From positions 1-26,912 of the forward strand of contig VGKP01000012.1 in assembly GCA_016866975.1 (NCBI GenBank): a stretch of DNA of 26,912 bases. Reading direction: 5' to 3'. This stretch comes from Candidatus Pacearchaeota archaeon (GTDB lineage: Archaea; Nanobdellota; Nanobdellia; Pacearchaeales; GW2011-AR1). The notes under the pieces were generated by a model, which was not told the DNA's origin, ran no database searches, and saw only the letters and a list, made by a program, of their open reading frames with translations. Each line of letters starts with the position of its first letter. Positions within the stretch are counted from its first letter, which is position 1. Below are positions 16,947 through 25,621 of the stretch, in pieces. The translations under genes and the position numbers were made by a program.

Positions 16947-17810
16947 TTATTTAAAACTACCGGCACTCATTGACCGCCTTACTTTTCCAAGAAGAAGCCA
17001 AGAAGCCACTAATAACAACACTCCTGAGAAAGGCAAAAGCAGTTCTGAAAATGAGCCTCCAATAACTCCTCCAGTTGCCCTAGTTCCTGAAAAGAGCATT
17101 ACTCCCAATCCAGCTAATCCAAGACCAGCTGCAACAGCTCTTCCATGTCCTGCAGAACCATAATTGGGTTGTTCACCTGAACTATATTCTTCCATCTTCT
17201 GTGTAGTCTCCTCAACTGCCCTCTCAGTCCTCTTGATTATATTCTTCTTGATAAGTGCATATCTCTTTCTATCTATCAGCCCATATTGTTTCATTAAATC
17301 AAGGGCAGGCCCAAGGAAACCCATATTATAAACAGTGGTTACTGCTTTTGCGACTTCAGGCATATGTTGCACATAATCGCCTTGCTTAAATCTATCATAA
17401 AGCTCCCTGAAAGCTACTGTGACTTTCTCAAGATACTGTTCACCTTTTAATTCACGTTGAGCTTCCCAACTCCTTGGCCCCTTCTTCGCTCTCTCTTCAA
17501 GACTTTTCCTAAGTATTATCTCTTTCCCATCATCATCAAAAGCTCCTCCAGAAGCAACATAATTGACGACACCATTATAAAGCATCTGCGCTCTTTCTTG
17601 GTCAGAGAACTCCTTTCCTCTCTTGCTTTCAAGCTGAATAATATACTGTTCTATGCCTCTCAAACCATTCTTCAATCTCTGTGGATCAACATGTTGAGTG
17701 ACGGCTTGTTGCATGCCTCTGAATCGTGGATGCCTTTGCAAAATTGCCTCGATACCTTCAGAAATAGCGCCCTGTACAAGGTCATTTCCATCTCCTTTTT
17801 CTCTCCCCAT
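16947..17810 (-). CDS. Hypothetical protein with a C-terminal two-TM anchor containing a TGxVIG motif
   Basis: Helical body, then GLGLAGLGVMLFSGTRATGGVIGG..PFSGVLLLVASWLLL. Confidence 0.75.
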   Translation of the reverse strand: MGREKGDGNDLVQGAISEGIEAILQRHPRFRGMQQAVTQHVDPQRLKNGLRGIEQYIIQLESKRGKEFSDQERAQMLYNGVVNYVASGGAFDDDGKEIILRKSLEERAKKGPRSWEAQRELKGEQYLEKVTVAFRELYDRFKQGDYVQHMPEVAKAVTTVYNMGFLGPALDLMKQYGLIDRKRYALIKKNIIKRTERAVEETTQKMEEYSSGEQPNYGSAGHGRAVAAGLGLAGLGVMLFSGTRATGGVIGGSFSELLLPFSGVLLLVASWLLLGKVRRSMSAGSFK

Positions 17811-17914
17811 CTATCTAATACTAAATATGATTTAATAAAGCTTTCTTAACCACTATCGTACTACAGATTTTTGAATAGAACAACTTTTAAATAACATCAT
17901 CTTCTTATCAAAAC

Positions 17915-19696
17915 ATGAGAATAATAACTCTTCATTGTGATTATATAAAATTCAAGCCATTAAAAAAGGCCATTAAAAATCCTGAAGAGCTTAAGGATAC
18001 ATCAGAAAAAGAGGCAAAGGATCCTTTGGTCATCCTTACCGCAGTAGAGAAAGGAGATGATGACAAGACGATAAAAGAGTTAGTGGAGGCTGTTAAAAAG
18101 ATTGCTGGAGAAGTGAAAGCAAAAACAATTGTCCTCTATCCTTATGCCCATCTTTCTTCTAATCTCTCGGATCCTACGACCGCTCTGGAATACCTCGTAG
18201 AAGCAGAACACACTCTGATAAAAGAAGGATTCAAAGTGCTTCGTGCCCCATTTGGATATTATAAGGAATTTGAGCTTAAGGTAAAGGGCCATCCTCTTTC
18301 AGAATTGAGCAAGGAATTCAGGCCAAGCCAGTCAGAAGATGTGAAAGGAGAGCATAAGGTTTTACAAATAACTGGAAAAGGAAAAACTGGAGGGGAAGAA
18401 GAAGTCAATCCTGCTGAGATACAACAGCTTATTAAAAAGCTCTCTAAAAATGTGATGCATGCTTCTCGTGGAAAAAATGATCTCAAAAGCAATGTTGAGA
18501 TTGGAAAAGACTTAGATATTTATCTAGTTAACGAAGTAGTTGGGCAAGGACTCCCGCTTCTAACTCCAAAAGGAGCTACAATAAAAAGAGAAATTGAACG
18601 CTTTGCAATAGATGAAGAATTAAAAAGAGGATATCTTCATACTTCAACTCCAATAATGGCAAAGAGCGACCTATACAAGGTTTCAGGACATTGGCAGCAT
18701 TATAGAGATGGAATGTTTTGTATTTGTTCTGGAGATGACACGCTGGCCTTAAGGCCAATGACCTGTCCATTCCATTTCATCCTTTTCAAGAGCAAAAACA
18801 GAAGTTATAAGGAACTTCCTTTGAAATATGCTGAAGTAGCTTCACTATTTAGAAACGAACAATCAGGAGAGCTGAGGGGCCTCACAAGAGTCAGACAATT
18901 AACTTTAGCAGATGCACACATTATTTGTAGAAAGGATCAAGTAGAGCGACAATTCACAGAAGTTGTTGAATTACTCAAATATGCCATGGAAAAGCTTGGA
19001 ATAAAAGATATTTGGTACAGGTTTTCCAAATGGGATCCTAAGGACAAGAAAAAATATATTGATAATCCTAAGATGTGGGATGAATCTCAGAAGATGATGA
19101 AAAAGATTCTTGACAAGTTAAAGATAAATTATAAGGAAGCTGATGGTGAGGCTGCTTTCTATGGCCCTAAGCTCGACTTGCAATATACTGATGTTTACGG
19201 CAAAGAAGACACTCTGTTGACTGTTCAGATAGATTTCGCGCTACCAGAAAGATATGATATGACATACACTGATGAGAATGGCGAGAATATCAGGCCCGTA
19301 GTGATACACAGGTCATCAACAGGCGCGACAGAGAGGACTATGGCTTACCTTCTTGAAAAGACCCAAGGAGCCCTTCCACTCTGGCTATCTCCTGTCCAAG
19401 TAAGAGTCCTCAATTTCACAGACCGCAATCTTAAAGCTACAGAAAAGACAGTAGAGCAGCTAAAGGAAGCTCTTCCTTTCATTAGAGTTGAAGCTGATCT
19501 TCGTTCAACAACTATAAATGACAAGATAAGAGATTCCGAGATGCAGAAAATTCCATATACCATTGTCATCGGAGACAAGGAAGAAGAGAACAAGACTCTC
19601 GCAGTCAGAGAGAGAGGAAATGCCAAGCCAAGATTCGGAGTCAAGATCCAGGATTTCATAGAAGATATTAAAGATAAGATAGAGCAAAGGAAGTGA
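17915..19696 (+). CDS. thrS: Threonyl-tRNA synthetase
   Basis: SGHWQHY, LRPMTCPFH, FRNEQSGEL.GL.RVR, AHI, GEAAFYGPK and VVIHR motifs; archaeal-type N-terminal editing domain; C-terminal anticodon-binding domain. Confidence 0.97.
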   Translation: MRIITLHCDYIKFKPLKKAIKNPEELKDTSEKEAKDPLVILTAVEKGDDDKTIKELVEAVKKIAGEVKAKTIVLYPYAHLSSNLSDPTTALEYLVEAEHTLIKEGFKVLRAPFGYYKEFELKVKGHPLSELSKEFRPSQSEDVKGEHKVLQITGKGKTGGEEEVNPAEIQQLIKKLSKNVMHASRGKNDLKSNVEIGKDLDIYLVNEVVGQGLPLLTPKGATIKREIERFAIDEELKRGYLHTSTPIMAKSDLYKVSGHWQHYRDGMFCICSGDDTLALRPMTCPFHFILFKSKNRSYKELPLKYAEVASLFRNEQSGELRGLTRVRQLTLADAHIICRKDQVERQFTEVVELLKYAMEKLGIKDIWYRFSKWDPKDKKKYIDNPKMWDESQKMMKKILDKLKINYKEADGEAAFYGPKLDLQYTDVYGKEDTLLTVQIDFALPERYDMTYTDENGENIRPVVIHRSSTGATERTMAYLLEKTQGALPLWLSPVQVRVLNFTDRNLKATEKTVEQLKEALPFIRVEADLRSTTINDKIRDSEMQKIPYTIVIGDKEEENKTLAVRERGNAKPRFGVKIQDFIEDIKDKIEQRK

Positions 19697-20131
19697 TCAA
19701 ATGAATGACTTTAATGGAGAGCCACTGTAAAAAAATTTCCAATCTTTCTCTAATCCTGCCATGCGCACAAGATGAGGGATTGACACACCAAGTGCATAAT
19801 GAATAGAATGCCCTTGAAAATTTATACTTCTTTCTCGCAAAATATTTGCAAAGCCCATCCCCAAACAAGAATATCCTTCTCCAGACCTGGCGAGGATCTG
19901 AAAACTTCCTCTTCCAGGAGACAAGGATTCTTCCATAGAATAATCAATTCCAAGATTCTTCAAAGTATTTCCCAATATCTCATCGTGAGTGGATATACTT
20001 GGCAAATATACAGGATCTTCAAAGATCAGGTAAGGATCTCCATGGATTGAATCCCCCAATACTAATTGCACGACCCTGACAGATACATTGGTCTGAGGCC
20101 AATTTGCGCGAGGCAATATTTTCATAGACAT
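19697..20131 (-). CDS. Hypothetical protein resembling the Janus/Ocnus (PHPT1) family
   Basis: THDEIL...SCLGMG..I...I.F.GHS..Y.LG...HL pattern, recognised by eye only. Confidence 0.45.
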   Translation of the reverse strand: MSMKILPRANWPQTNVSVRVVQLVLGDSIHGDPYLIFEDPVYLPSISTHDEILGNTLKNLGIDYSMEESLSPGRGSFQILARSGEGYSCLGMGFANILRERSINFQGHSIHYALGVSIPHLVRMAGLEKDWKFFYSGSPLKSFI

Positions 20132-20161
20132 CAAAGAAAAAAGCCCTATTTAACAATTATG

Positions 20162-20290
20162 TTATTTTCCACAGCACTTCTTATACTTCTTTCCAGACTT
20201 GCAAGGACACTCTTCATTCCTTCTCTATATTCCCTCTGCTCCCTTACAGGAATGAGTGCTTCTATCATAAAAATCCTCCAGAAAATGCAT
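20162..20290 (-). pseudogene. Disrupted small SEC-C (SecA-type Zn-binding) motif protein
   Basis: RNEECPCKSGKKYKKCCGK* is encoded behind an in-frame TAG (20227-20225). An alternative GGAGG-preceded ATG at 20268 is in another frame. Confidence 0.75.
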
Positions 20291-20365
20291 ATATAAATTT
20301 TATCTAAAACCTTATAAACCTATTATTCTTAAAAACTTTACATAACTAAAAAGGAAGTTAAAAGA

Positions 20366-21073
20366 ATGAAAATACAGCCTTACTTGACAAAATTGAATTC
20401 CTCTTCAGAATACAAGGATTTTACAAAGAAGAATTCCGACGCATTCATGGTAGCAGCATTCTTCGTGCTGGACTTGGAGAGCGGCAAGAACCAGCATGTA
20501 ATTGACTATTATGTGCCATCCAAGAAGAAAGTCGCGGCATTCACTCTAGACAACCAAGTGACAGTGCAGATGATGGACTTGATGGCAAAGAAGGCTCCCG
20601 AAAAACTTGATCTTAAAACAAAGATTGACCTTGATGCCATCCAAGGCATCCTTGAGGATGAGATGAGGAACAGAAACATAACTGACGAGATAAAGAAGAT
20701 AATTGCTGTAGTCCAGACAATAGACGGAAAGAAGATTTGGAACCTTAATTGCATGCTTTCTGGCATGGGCATACTTAATGCGCATGTTGAGGATTATTCT
20801 GGGACAGTCTTGAGGATGGAGAAGAAATCATTTATGGATATAGTAAGAAAGCTGCCTGCAGAGGAAGTGAAGAAGCAGATGGCTGCCGCCCAAGGCAAAT
20901 CAGCGACAGACAAGACAGAGGATGAAGAAGTTGATGAAAAAATAGATCCAAAAGAATTGGAATCCAAGAGCAAGGAGATAGATAAGGCAATTGCAGCCAT
21001 AGAGAAAGAGAAAGCAGAAATAATCAAAAAGGGCAAGAAAACTGAAAAAAGTGGCTCGCCTGGAAAAAGATAA
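20366..21073 (+). CDS. Conserved hypothetical protein with a charged low-complexity C-tail
   Basis: 235-aa ORF with host-like codon usage and an upstream TATA-like box. Confidence 0.8.
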   Translation: MKIQPYLTKLNSSSEYKDFTKKNSDAFMVAAFFVLDLESGKNQHVIDYYVPSKKKVAAFTLDNQVTVQMMDLMAKKAPEKLDLKTKIDLDAIQGILEDEMRNRNITDEIKKIIAVVQTIDGKKIWNLNCMLSGMGILNAHVEDYSGTVLRMEKKSFMDIVRKLPAEEVKKQMAAAQGKSATDKTEDEEVDEKIDPKELESKSKEIDKAIAAIEKEKAEIIKKGKKTEKSGSPGKR

Positions 21074-21105
21074 ATCTTTATATAAAAGTACTTCCTCTTA
21101 TTTCC

Positions 21106-21444
21106 ATGAATGAAGCCCCGCCTAGGCCTCCAGTCAATTATGTTATAGAGGTCTCAAGAAGTCATTATGACCTTATTCGTGACAAAGAGGATTCTTTCCC
21201 CTATCCTACAACTTCTCATCTTCCTGCCTTCCCGAAGACATTCAAGGATCTTCCTGGCAATATCTCAAATAGGCTTGAAGGTGTGACTGTAGGGGACAGC
21301 ATAATCTTTCATTGTGAGACTTCAACAGGAGAATACTCTACCGACATAGAAAGAGTTGTAGTAAGAATAGAGACAGATAGAAAGAATTTCATGAACATTT
21401 TGCATTTTTCAAAGAATAAAGCGCCTGCCTGGAAAAGAAAATGA
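21106..21444 (+). CDS. Hypothetical protein, weakly ASCH/PUA-like
   Basis: GVTVGDSIIF..RVV motif; TTTATATA box upstream. Confidence 0.5.
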   Translation: MNEAPPRPPVNYVIEVSRSHYDLIRDKEDSFPYPTTSHLPAFPKTFKDLPGNISNRLEGVTVGDSIIFHCETSTGEYSTDIERVVVRIETDRKNFMNILHFSKNKAPAWKRK

Positions 21445-21987
21445 TCAGCGATTCTTCTTATCTTTTTCCCAAAGAAGTCTGGTATATCCCTTATCGATAA
21501 AATCCTTCTCTTTTATGCCAAGTGATTTCATTACTTCAAGAACTTTCTTCTCAGCATCTGATTTATCTTCAGGCCGCGCCAGGTACTCTACCTCGACAAA
21601 CCATCCCAGTCCTTTCACAAAATTCAGCTCGATGTGGAAATTCCTCTCTATCCCATAGACTTCACTTCTTTTCTCTTTCCTTAGCCATTTCCTAAACCCA
21701 AATTCTTTTAGGAAGCATAGGTAATCATCTATATTGCCTACGGTAAATTCAGTCTCCTTCTTTGCATGTATCCTATGATTTAATGAAAGGCTCTGTTTAA
21801 AATTGAGTTGATATATCTTGTCTATCTTCCTCAGCCTGAGGCTTTTTATAGGGTACTTCTTTCCATTCTCAAGCGTATAATAATCGTCTATCTTAACAGT
21901 GCAACCAAGATACTCTCCCATCTTTTGTGCTTTTTCTCTCAATGCTGCAGGATCCTCGATCTTTGCCTTTGCCTCGACCTCTATCAT
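21445..21987 (-). CDS. cyaB: CYTH-domain class IV adenylate cyclase-like protein
   Basis: MIEVEAKAK (ExExK), DDYY, LRLRK, EKRSEVY, IELNFVKGLGWFVEVE and GYTRLL. Confidence 0.9.
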   Translation of the reverse strand: MIEVEAKAKIEDPAALREKAQKMGEYLGCTVKIDDYYTLENGKKYPIKSLRLRKIDKIYQLNFKQSLSLNHRIHAKKETEFTVGNIDDYLCFLKEFGFRKWLRKEKRSEVYGIERNFHIELNFVKGLGWFVEVEYLARPEDKSDAEKKVLEVMKSLGIKEKDFIDKGYTRLLWEKDKKNR

Positions 21988-22016
21988 AGATAAAAATGGC
22001 AAAAGAACTTTTTAAA

Positions 22017-22469
22017 TTATGCGCATGGTAACGTTTTGGATTGAGGACAAAAGAATTCAGTAGAACCTACTTCAATGATAGGAACGATGGCAACCTCGGT
22101 ATAGTTTTTCAATGAAAACCCTTCAAGTAACAATATTTGAGACGTTTCTAAAACGGCAGGAATATTATCTGCCTTGAATTTTTTCGTCTCTCTAGATTCC
22201 ATTTCGGCAAGTATGATGTAAATTCCCTTAAGAGGCGCCGAATTACCACCTCGATAAGCGGAAACACGAAGAGTATAACCTTTATCATGAGAAAGATAAG
22301 AGCACAAAGTAGGAGTAATTTTGATTTTCTGACATTGTAGTGCCCCACTAAGGTTAGTTTCTCTATCTGAAAAAGATTGTAGTATCATCCCTGCAAAAAT
22401 CCCAACAAATAATAAAACAACTAAAAAAATCAAGAGCATTAAAATAAAGCTACTCATCCCCTTTTCCAT
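22017..22469 (-). CDS. Archaeal type IV pilin-like protein
   Basis: Class III signal peptide MEKG|MSSFILMLL; four Cys arranged as in the neighbouring pilin. Confidence 0.75.
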   Translation of the reverse strand: MEKGMSSFILMLLIFLVVLLFVGIFAGMILQSFSDRETNLSGALQCQKIKITPTLCSYLSHDKGYTLRVSAYRGGNSAPLKGIYIILAEMESRETKKFKADNIPAVLETSQILLLEGFSLKNYTEVAIVPIIEVGSTEFFCPQSKTLPCA

Positions 22470-22551
22470 AATTAAACGAGGACAAATAATTATTTAAACA
22501 TTCGCATAATGTTCTACCTTGCCAAGACAAAAACTAAAGACATACTCCCTA

Positions 22552-22582
22552 GTAAAGCTCCCCACGGTTTTACCGTGGGGCA
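22552..22582 (-). repeat. Orphan IS200/IS605 right-end-like hairpin
   Basis: GTAAAGCTCCCCACGG-TTTTA-CCGTGGGGCA matches 26689-26719 except for the loop and one flanking base. Confidence 0.85.
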
Positions 22583-22616
22583 GTAATCAAAAATAAAAAG
22601 AAAAAAAGGAATAGTT

Positions 22617-23219
22617 TTACTCTCTAAGAACACAAGGAACGACCTTAGAAGTTTTGCATGTAGTTCTAGTTGAAGCACCTTCAGGAATAATTTCCGCAGT
22701 TACAGATACGCTTTCATAAATCATATCATCTAGAGCACTGCCGAGTCCTTCAATGGTACCAGGATTCCCTGCTTTATATAATATTGCACCAGTACCATTA
22801 TTATAAACTCTTGCTGTTTCAACAAACTTAGGAAACTCGCCTTCCTTGAGAGGAATACTTTTCTCCTCACCACTAACTTTATCCTTAAGAATAACATTCA
22901 TGGATACTAATTTGACATCCGTACTTCCACGTTTCGTAGCCAAGACGCTAAAACTATAGAACTTCTGGTTAGCAGGATAATCCTTATTAGACCTTTGAGT
23001 AGCCTTTGCGTCACCAGGAAGAGTATAAGCTAAACGATAATTACACTCCGTAGGATATAGTTGCATCAGAGCACACTCTGCAGAGCCTTCGAGTTCTGTT
23101 CCTCCCTTATTGACAAAGGACAGAACATATAATGATAATATCGCTATAGCAGCCAAGACAAGAAGGATGATAAGTACAGTAGTAACGATATCACTTAACC
23201 CTTTTCTATTGTTTATCAT
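22617..23219 (-). CDS. Archaeal type IV pilin
   Basis: MINNRKG|LSDIVTTVLIILLVLAAIAIL class III signal peptide; AGGAGG SD and TTTATAAA box upstream. Confidence 0.88.
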   Translation of the reverse strand: MINNRKGLSDIVTTVLIILLVLAAIAILSLYVLSFVNKGGTELEGSAECALMQLYPTECNYRLAYTLPGDAKATQRSNKDYPANQKFYSFSVLATKRGSTDVKLVSMNVILKDKVSGEEKSIPLKEGEFPKFVETARVYNNGTGAILYKAGNPGTIEGLGSALDDMIYESVSVTAEIIPEGASTRTTCKTSKVVPCVLRE

Positions 23220-23355
23220 TCTTTACCTCCTTTTAGCTTTGTATATCCCTAAAATAATGTTATCTGGGATACACTCACCAAGATTAGCATATTTATAAAT
23301 GTTTTTGTTATTCTCGACAATATACTCAAGAATTCTGTGAAACGAATTCTTGACA

Positions 23356-25017
23356 TCAATGATGCGTAAACCAAAATTCCAGTTTGCCTTCTTTCTTTGC
23401 GTCAAGTTTTACAAATCCAAATCTCTCAAACTGCACAACATCGCCTTCTTTCAGATCGACAAGTCCGCTCTCTCCAATTCCTTCTTTCCAACTCCCATCT
23501 GGCATGAATACTCTTACAGGAACACCATGAGAGACCCATTGTATCTTGGGTACCTGCTTATTTTCTAAAGAAGTGAAAGTAGCATCTCCCTTTTTTGCGC
23601 TCTTAGGAAGTTGCACATTATAAAGGTGTAACAATCTTGCTTCCTTGCCTTTAAGCTGAACAATATCATCTGAAGAAATATAGACCGTGTCTCCCACATC
23701 TATTGTTCTTGTCTCACTCTTGCCAGGATGAAGAGGAATATGCACATGCTCAAGGATGGGAGAGCCTTTCACATGAATCTCTACAGGATCTGGTACAAAA
23801 TAATATCGGGCCGTCTCAGCATCGATCATCTTGCGAGAAAGCGCTGCAATCATAGCAAAATCTATTTTAATCTCATACTTTGACAAACCAAGCTGTTTCA
23901 CAAGCTCGTAGATTACCTCCTTCTTTATCCCCCTCCTCCTCAGGGCCTTTAGTGTCACAAGCCTTGGGTCATCCCATCCAATGTATTCTCCAGATTCTAC
24001 AAGGTCCCTTATCTCTCTCCCTTTCGTTGTGCCTTCAAGCACTCCAAATCTCCCATACTGTATTATCGTCTGCTTCCTAAGACCTAAAAGGTCTTTTAGA
24101 AGGTCTTGCAACTCTACTCTCTGATCGAACTCATTGCTCCTCAATATATGCGTGACCCCCATCAGATTATCTTCGAGCGGATTATAAAAATCATACATTG
24201 GCCAGACCTTATACTGTGTGCCTTTCCTGAAATGCTTTGTCTCCACGACTCTGAAAAGCACGGGGTCTCTCATGACGTGATTCAATGCCTTCATATCTCC
24301 TTTTAATCTTAATACAGCCTCGCCTTCTTTATATTTCCCTGCCAACATCTTCTTCCATTCCTCTAACGTCTCTTTTACATTTGCTTTACGGCAATCACAT
24401 TCTTTACCTTCATGCCTCATCTCTTGCATTGATTTCCTATCACAAAAACAGGCATAGGACTTCCCCAATCCAATCAGCTCCTCAGCATTCTGATACATGA
24501 GATCCATATCATCAGAGACATATCTTATGCCATCAGGCTTAATCTCGAGATATCCTTGCATATCTTCAAGCATAGCATCCACAAACTCCTGACTGACTTT
24601 CTCAGGATTTGCATCTTCAAACCTCAGGAGGCACTTTCCCCCATACTGTCTTGCAGAGAGGTAATTAAGAAGGAAAGATAGTGCGTGACCTATATGCAGA
24701 TACTTCGATGGTTCTGGAGGTATCCTTGTCACGACTCCTCCTTCAAGGTTTGGAAGATCAGGCAAGTCTTTTTTCTTCTCCTCTTCTCTCTCCTTAACTA
24801 ATTCCTTCAATGTCTCATACTCTTTCTCTTTCTGCTCATTAGAATAAGTATTTACTTCTTTGACAATTTCAGATATCACAGGCATCGCTTCCTTTATCTC
24901 TCCCTTTTCTAGCCCATGTTGAAACATTTTAGGCAATATCCTTCCAGCCTCAGCTTTGCCAAATTCAAGTGCATTCTTCAGTGCATAGGCCCTTATCTCT
25001 TTTTTCAGGTCTTTCAT
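23356..25017 (-). CDS. gltX: Glutamyl-tRNA synthetase, archaeal type
   Basis: RIPPEPSKYLHIGH, LRFEDANP, RDPVLFR, THILRS, GWDDPRL and QFERFGF. Confidence 0.97.
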   Translation of the reverse strand: MKDLKKEIRAYALKNALEFGKAEAGRILPKMFQHGLEKGEIKEAMPVISEIVKEVNTYSNEQKEKEYETLKELVKEREEEKKKDLPDLPNLEGGVVTRIPPEPSKYLHIGHALSFLLNYLSARQYGGKCLLRFEDANPEKVSQEFVDAMLEDMQGYLEIKPDGIRYVSDDMDLMYQNAEELIGLGKSYACFCDRKSMQEMRHEGKECDCRKANVKETLEEWKKMLAGKYKEGEAVLRLKGDMKALNHVMRDPVLFRVVETKHFRKGTQYKVWPMYDFYNPLEDNLMGVTHILRSNEFDQRVELQDLLKDLLGLRKQTIIQYGRFGVLEGTTKGREIRDLVESGEYIGWDDPRLVTLKALRRRGIKKEVIYELVKQLGLSKYEIKIDFAMIAALSRKMIDAETARYYFVPDPVEIHVKGSPILEHVHIPLHPGKSETRTIDVGDTVYISSDDIVQLKGKEARLLHLYNVQLPKSAKKGDATFTSLENKQVPKIQWVSHGVPVRVFMPDGSWKEGIGESGLVDLKEGDVVQFERFGFVKLDAKKEGKLEFWFTHH

Positions 25018-25033
25018 GCAAAAAACAATCAGT

Positions 25034-25621
25034 TTACTTATTTAATCCTATTGCTTTCAATTTCTTAAGCATATTCTTCTCTTCTTCCCCAAGTGGTATA
25101 ACTGCTCTCAAGCATTCTAAAGGAAGTCCATCAGGACATCTGAAAGCGATGACTGCAGGGTCGTCTCCTCTCCTATAATGATATCTCTCAAATAGCAATG
25201 TGCTGGGCTCGATAACATATCCTCTCCTCTCCCACATCTCTTTAACAAATCTTCTTACTTCAAAGTCACCTCTCTTCTTCCCAAACTCTTCCTCAAAAAA
25301 TCTGCAATGATTTGCCACTGTATCGACTTGGTCTCCCTACCAAGAGGGAACTTTTCTCAGCTTTTCTTCTAAGAACATCTCCCATGAATACAATTGTGCA
25401 TAGAACCTTCCTGAAGACATTGCCTGGGAAAGAGTGAACTTGCCAGTCTTCAAAGCAAACCTTGACCCATTATAATATCTTGAGACAGGTGTGAAATAGA
25501 ACCACTCCTCATACCCTCTGCTCCCTTTGGCAGGCAACACTCCCTCTTTAAACAAGAAATCTACTGCTTTTCTGGATGTCCCATGTATCGCCAATGGTGC
25601 ATCCGAAAGACTATGTCTCAT
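25034..25621 (-). pseudogene. ADP-ribosyltransferase/KptA-like protein (HGT motif) split by an in-frame TAG at 25339-25337
   Basis: Track ORFs 25337-25621 and 25034-25318 are in the same frame (offset 303 nt). AIHGTS..GVLP..FYFTP N-terminal motif. Confidence 0.6.

Noticed and set aside
23223-23405. 60-aa minus-strand ORF between gltX and the pilin
   Set aside because: Overlaps the gltX end and consists of the pilin TATA box and SD region.
2035-25178. Numerous short antisense or overlapping ORFs in the track (e.g. 4435-4734, 8925-9167, 15151-15447, 19345-19659)
   Set aside because: Shadow frames of well-supported genes on the opposite strand, without motifs.
1711-25339. Alternative genetic code or stop-codon reassignment explaining the in-frame stops
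   Set aside because: The interruptions use all three stop codons, and conserved genes end properly on TGA (thrS, FIST, response regulator, gltX), TAG (both the 1199 vapC and tnpA) and TAA.
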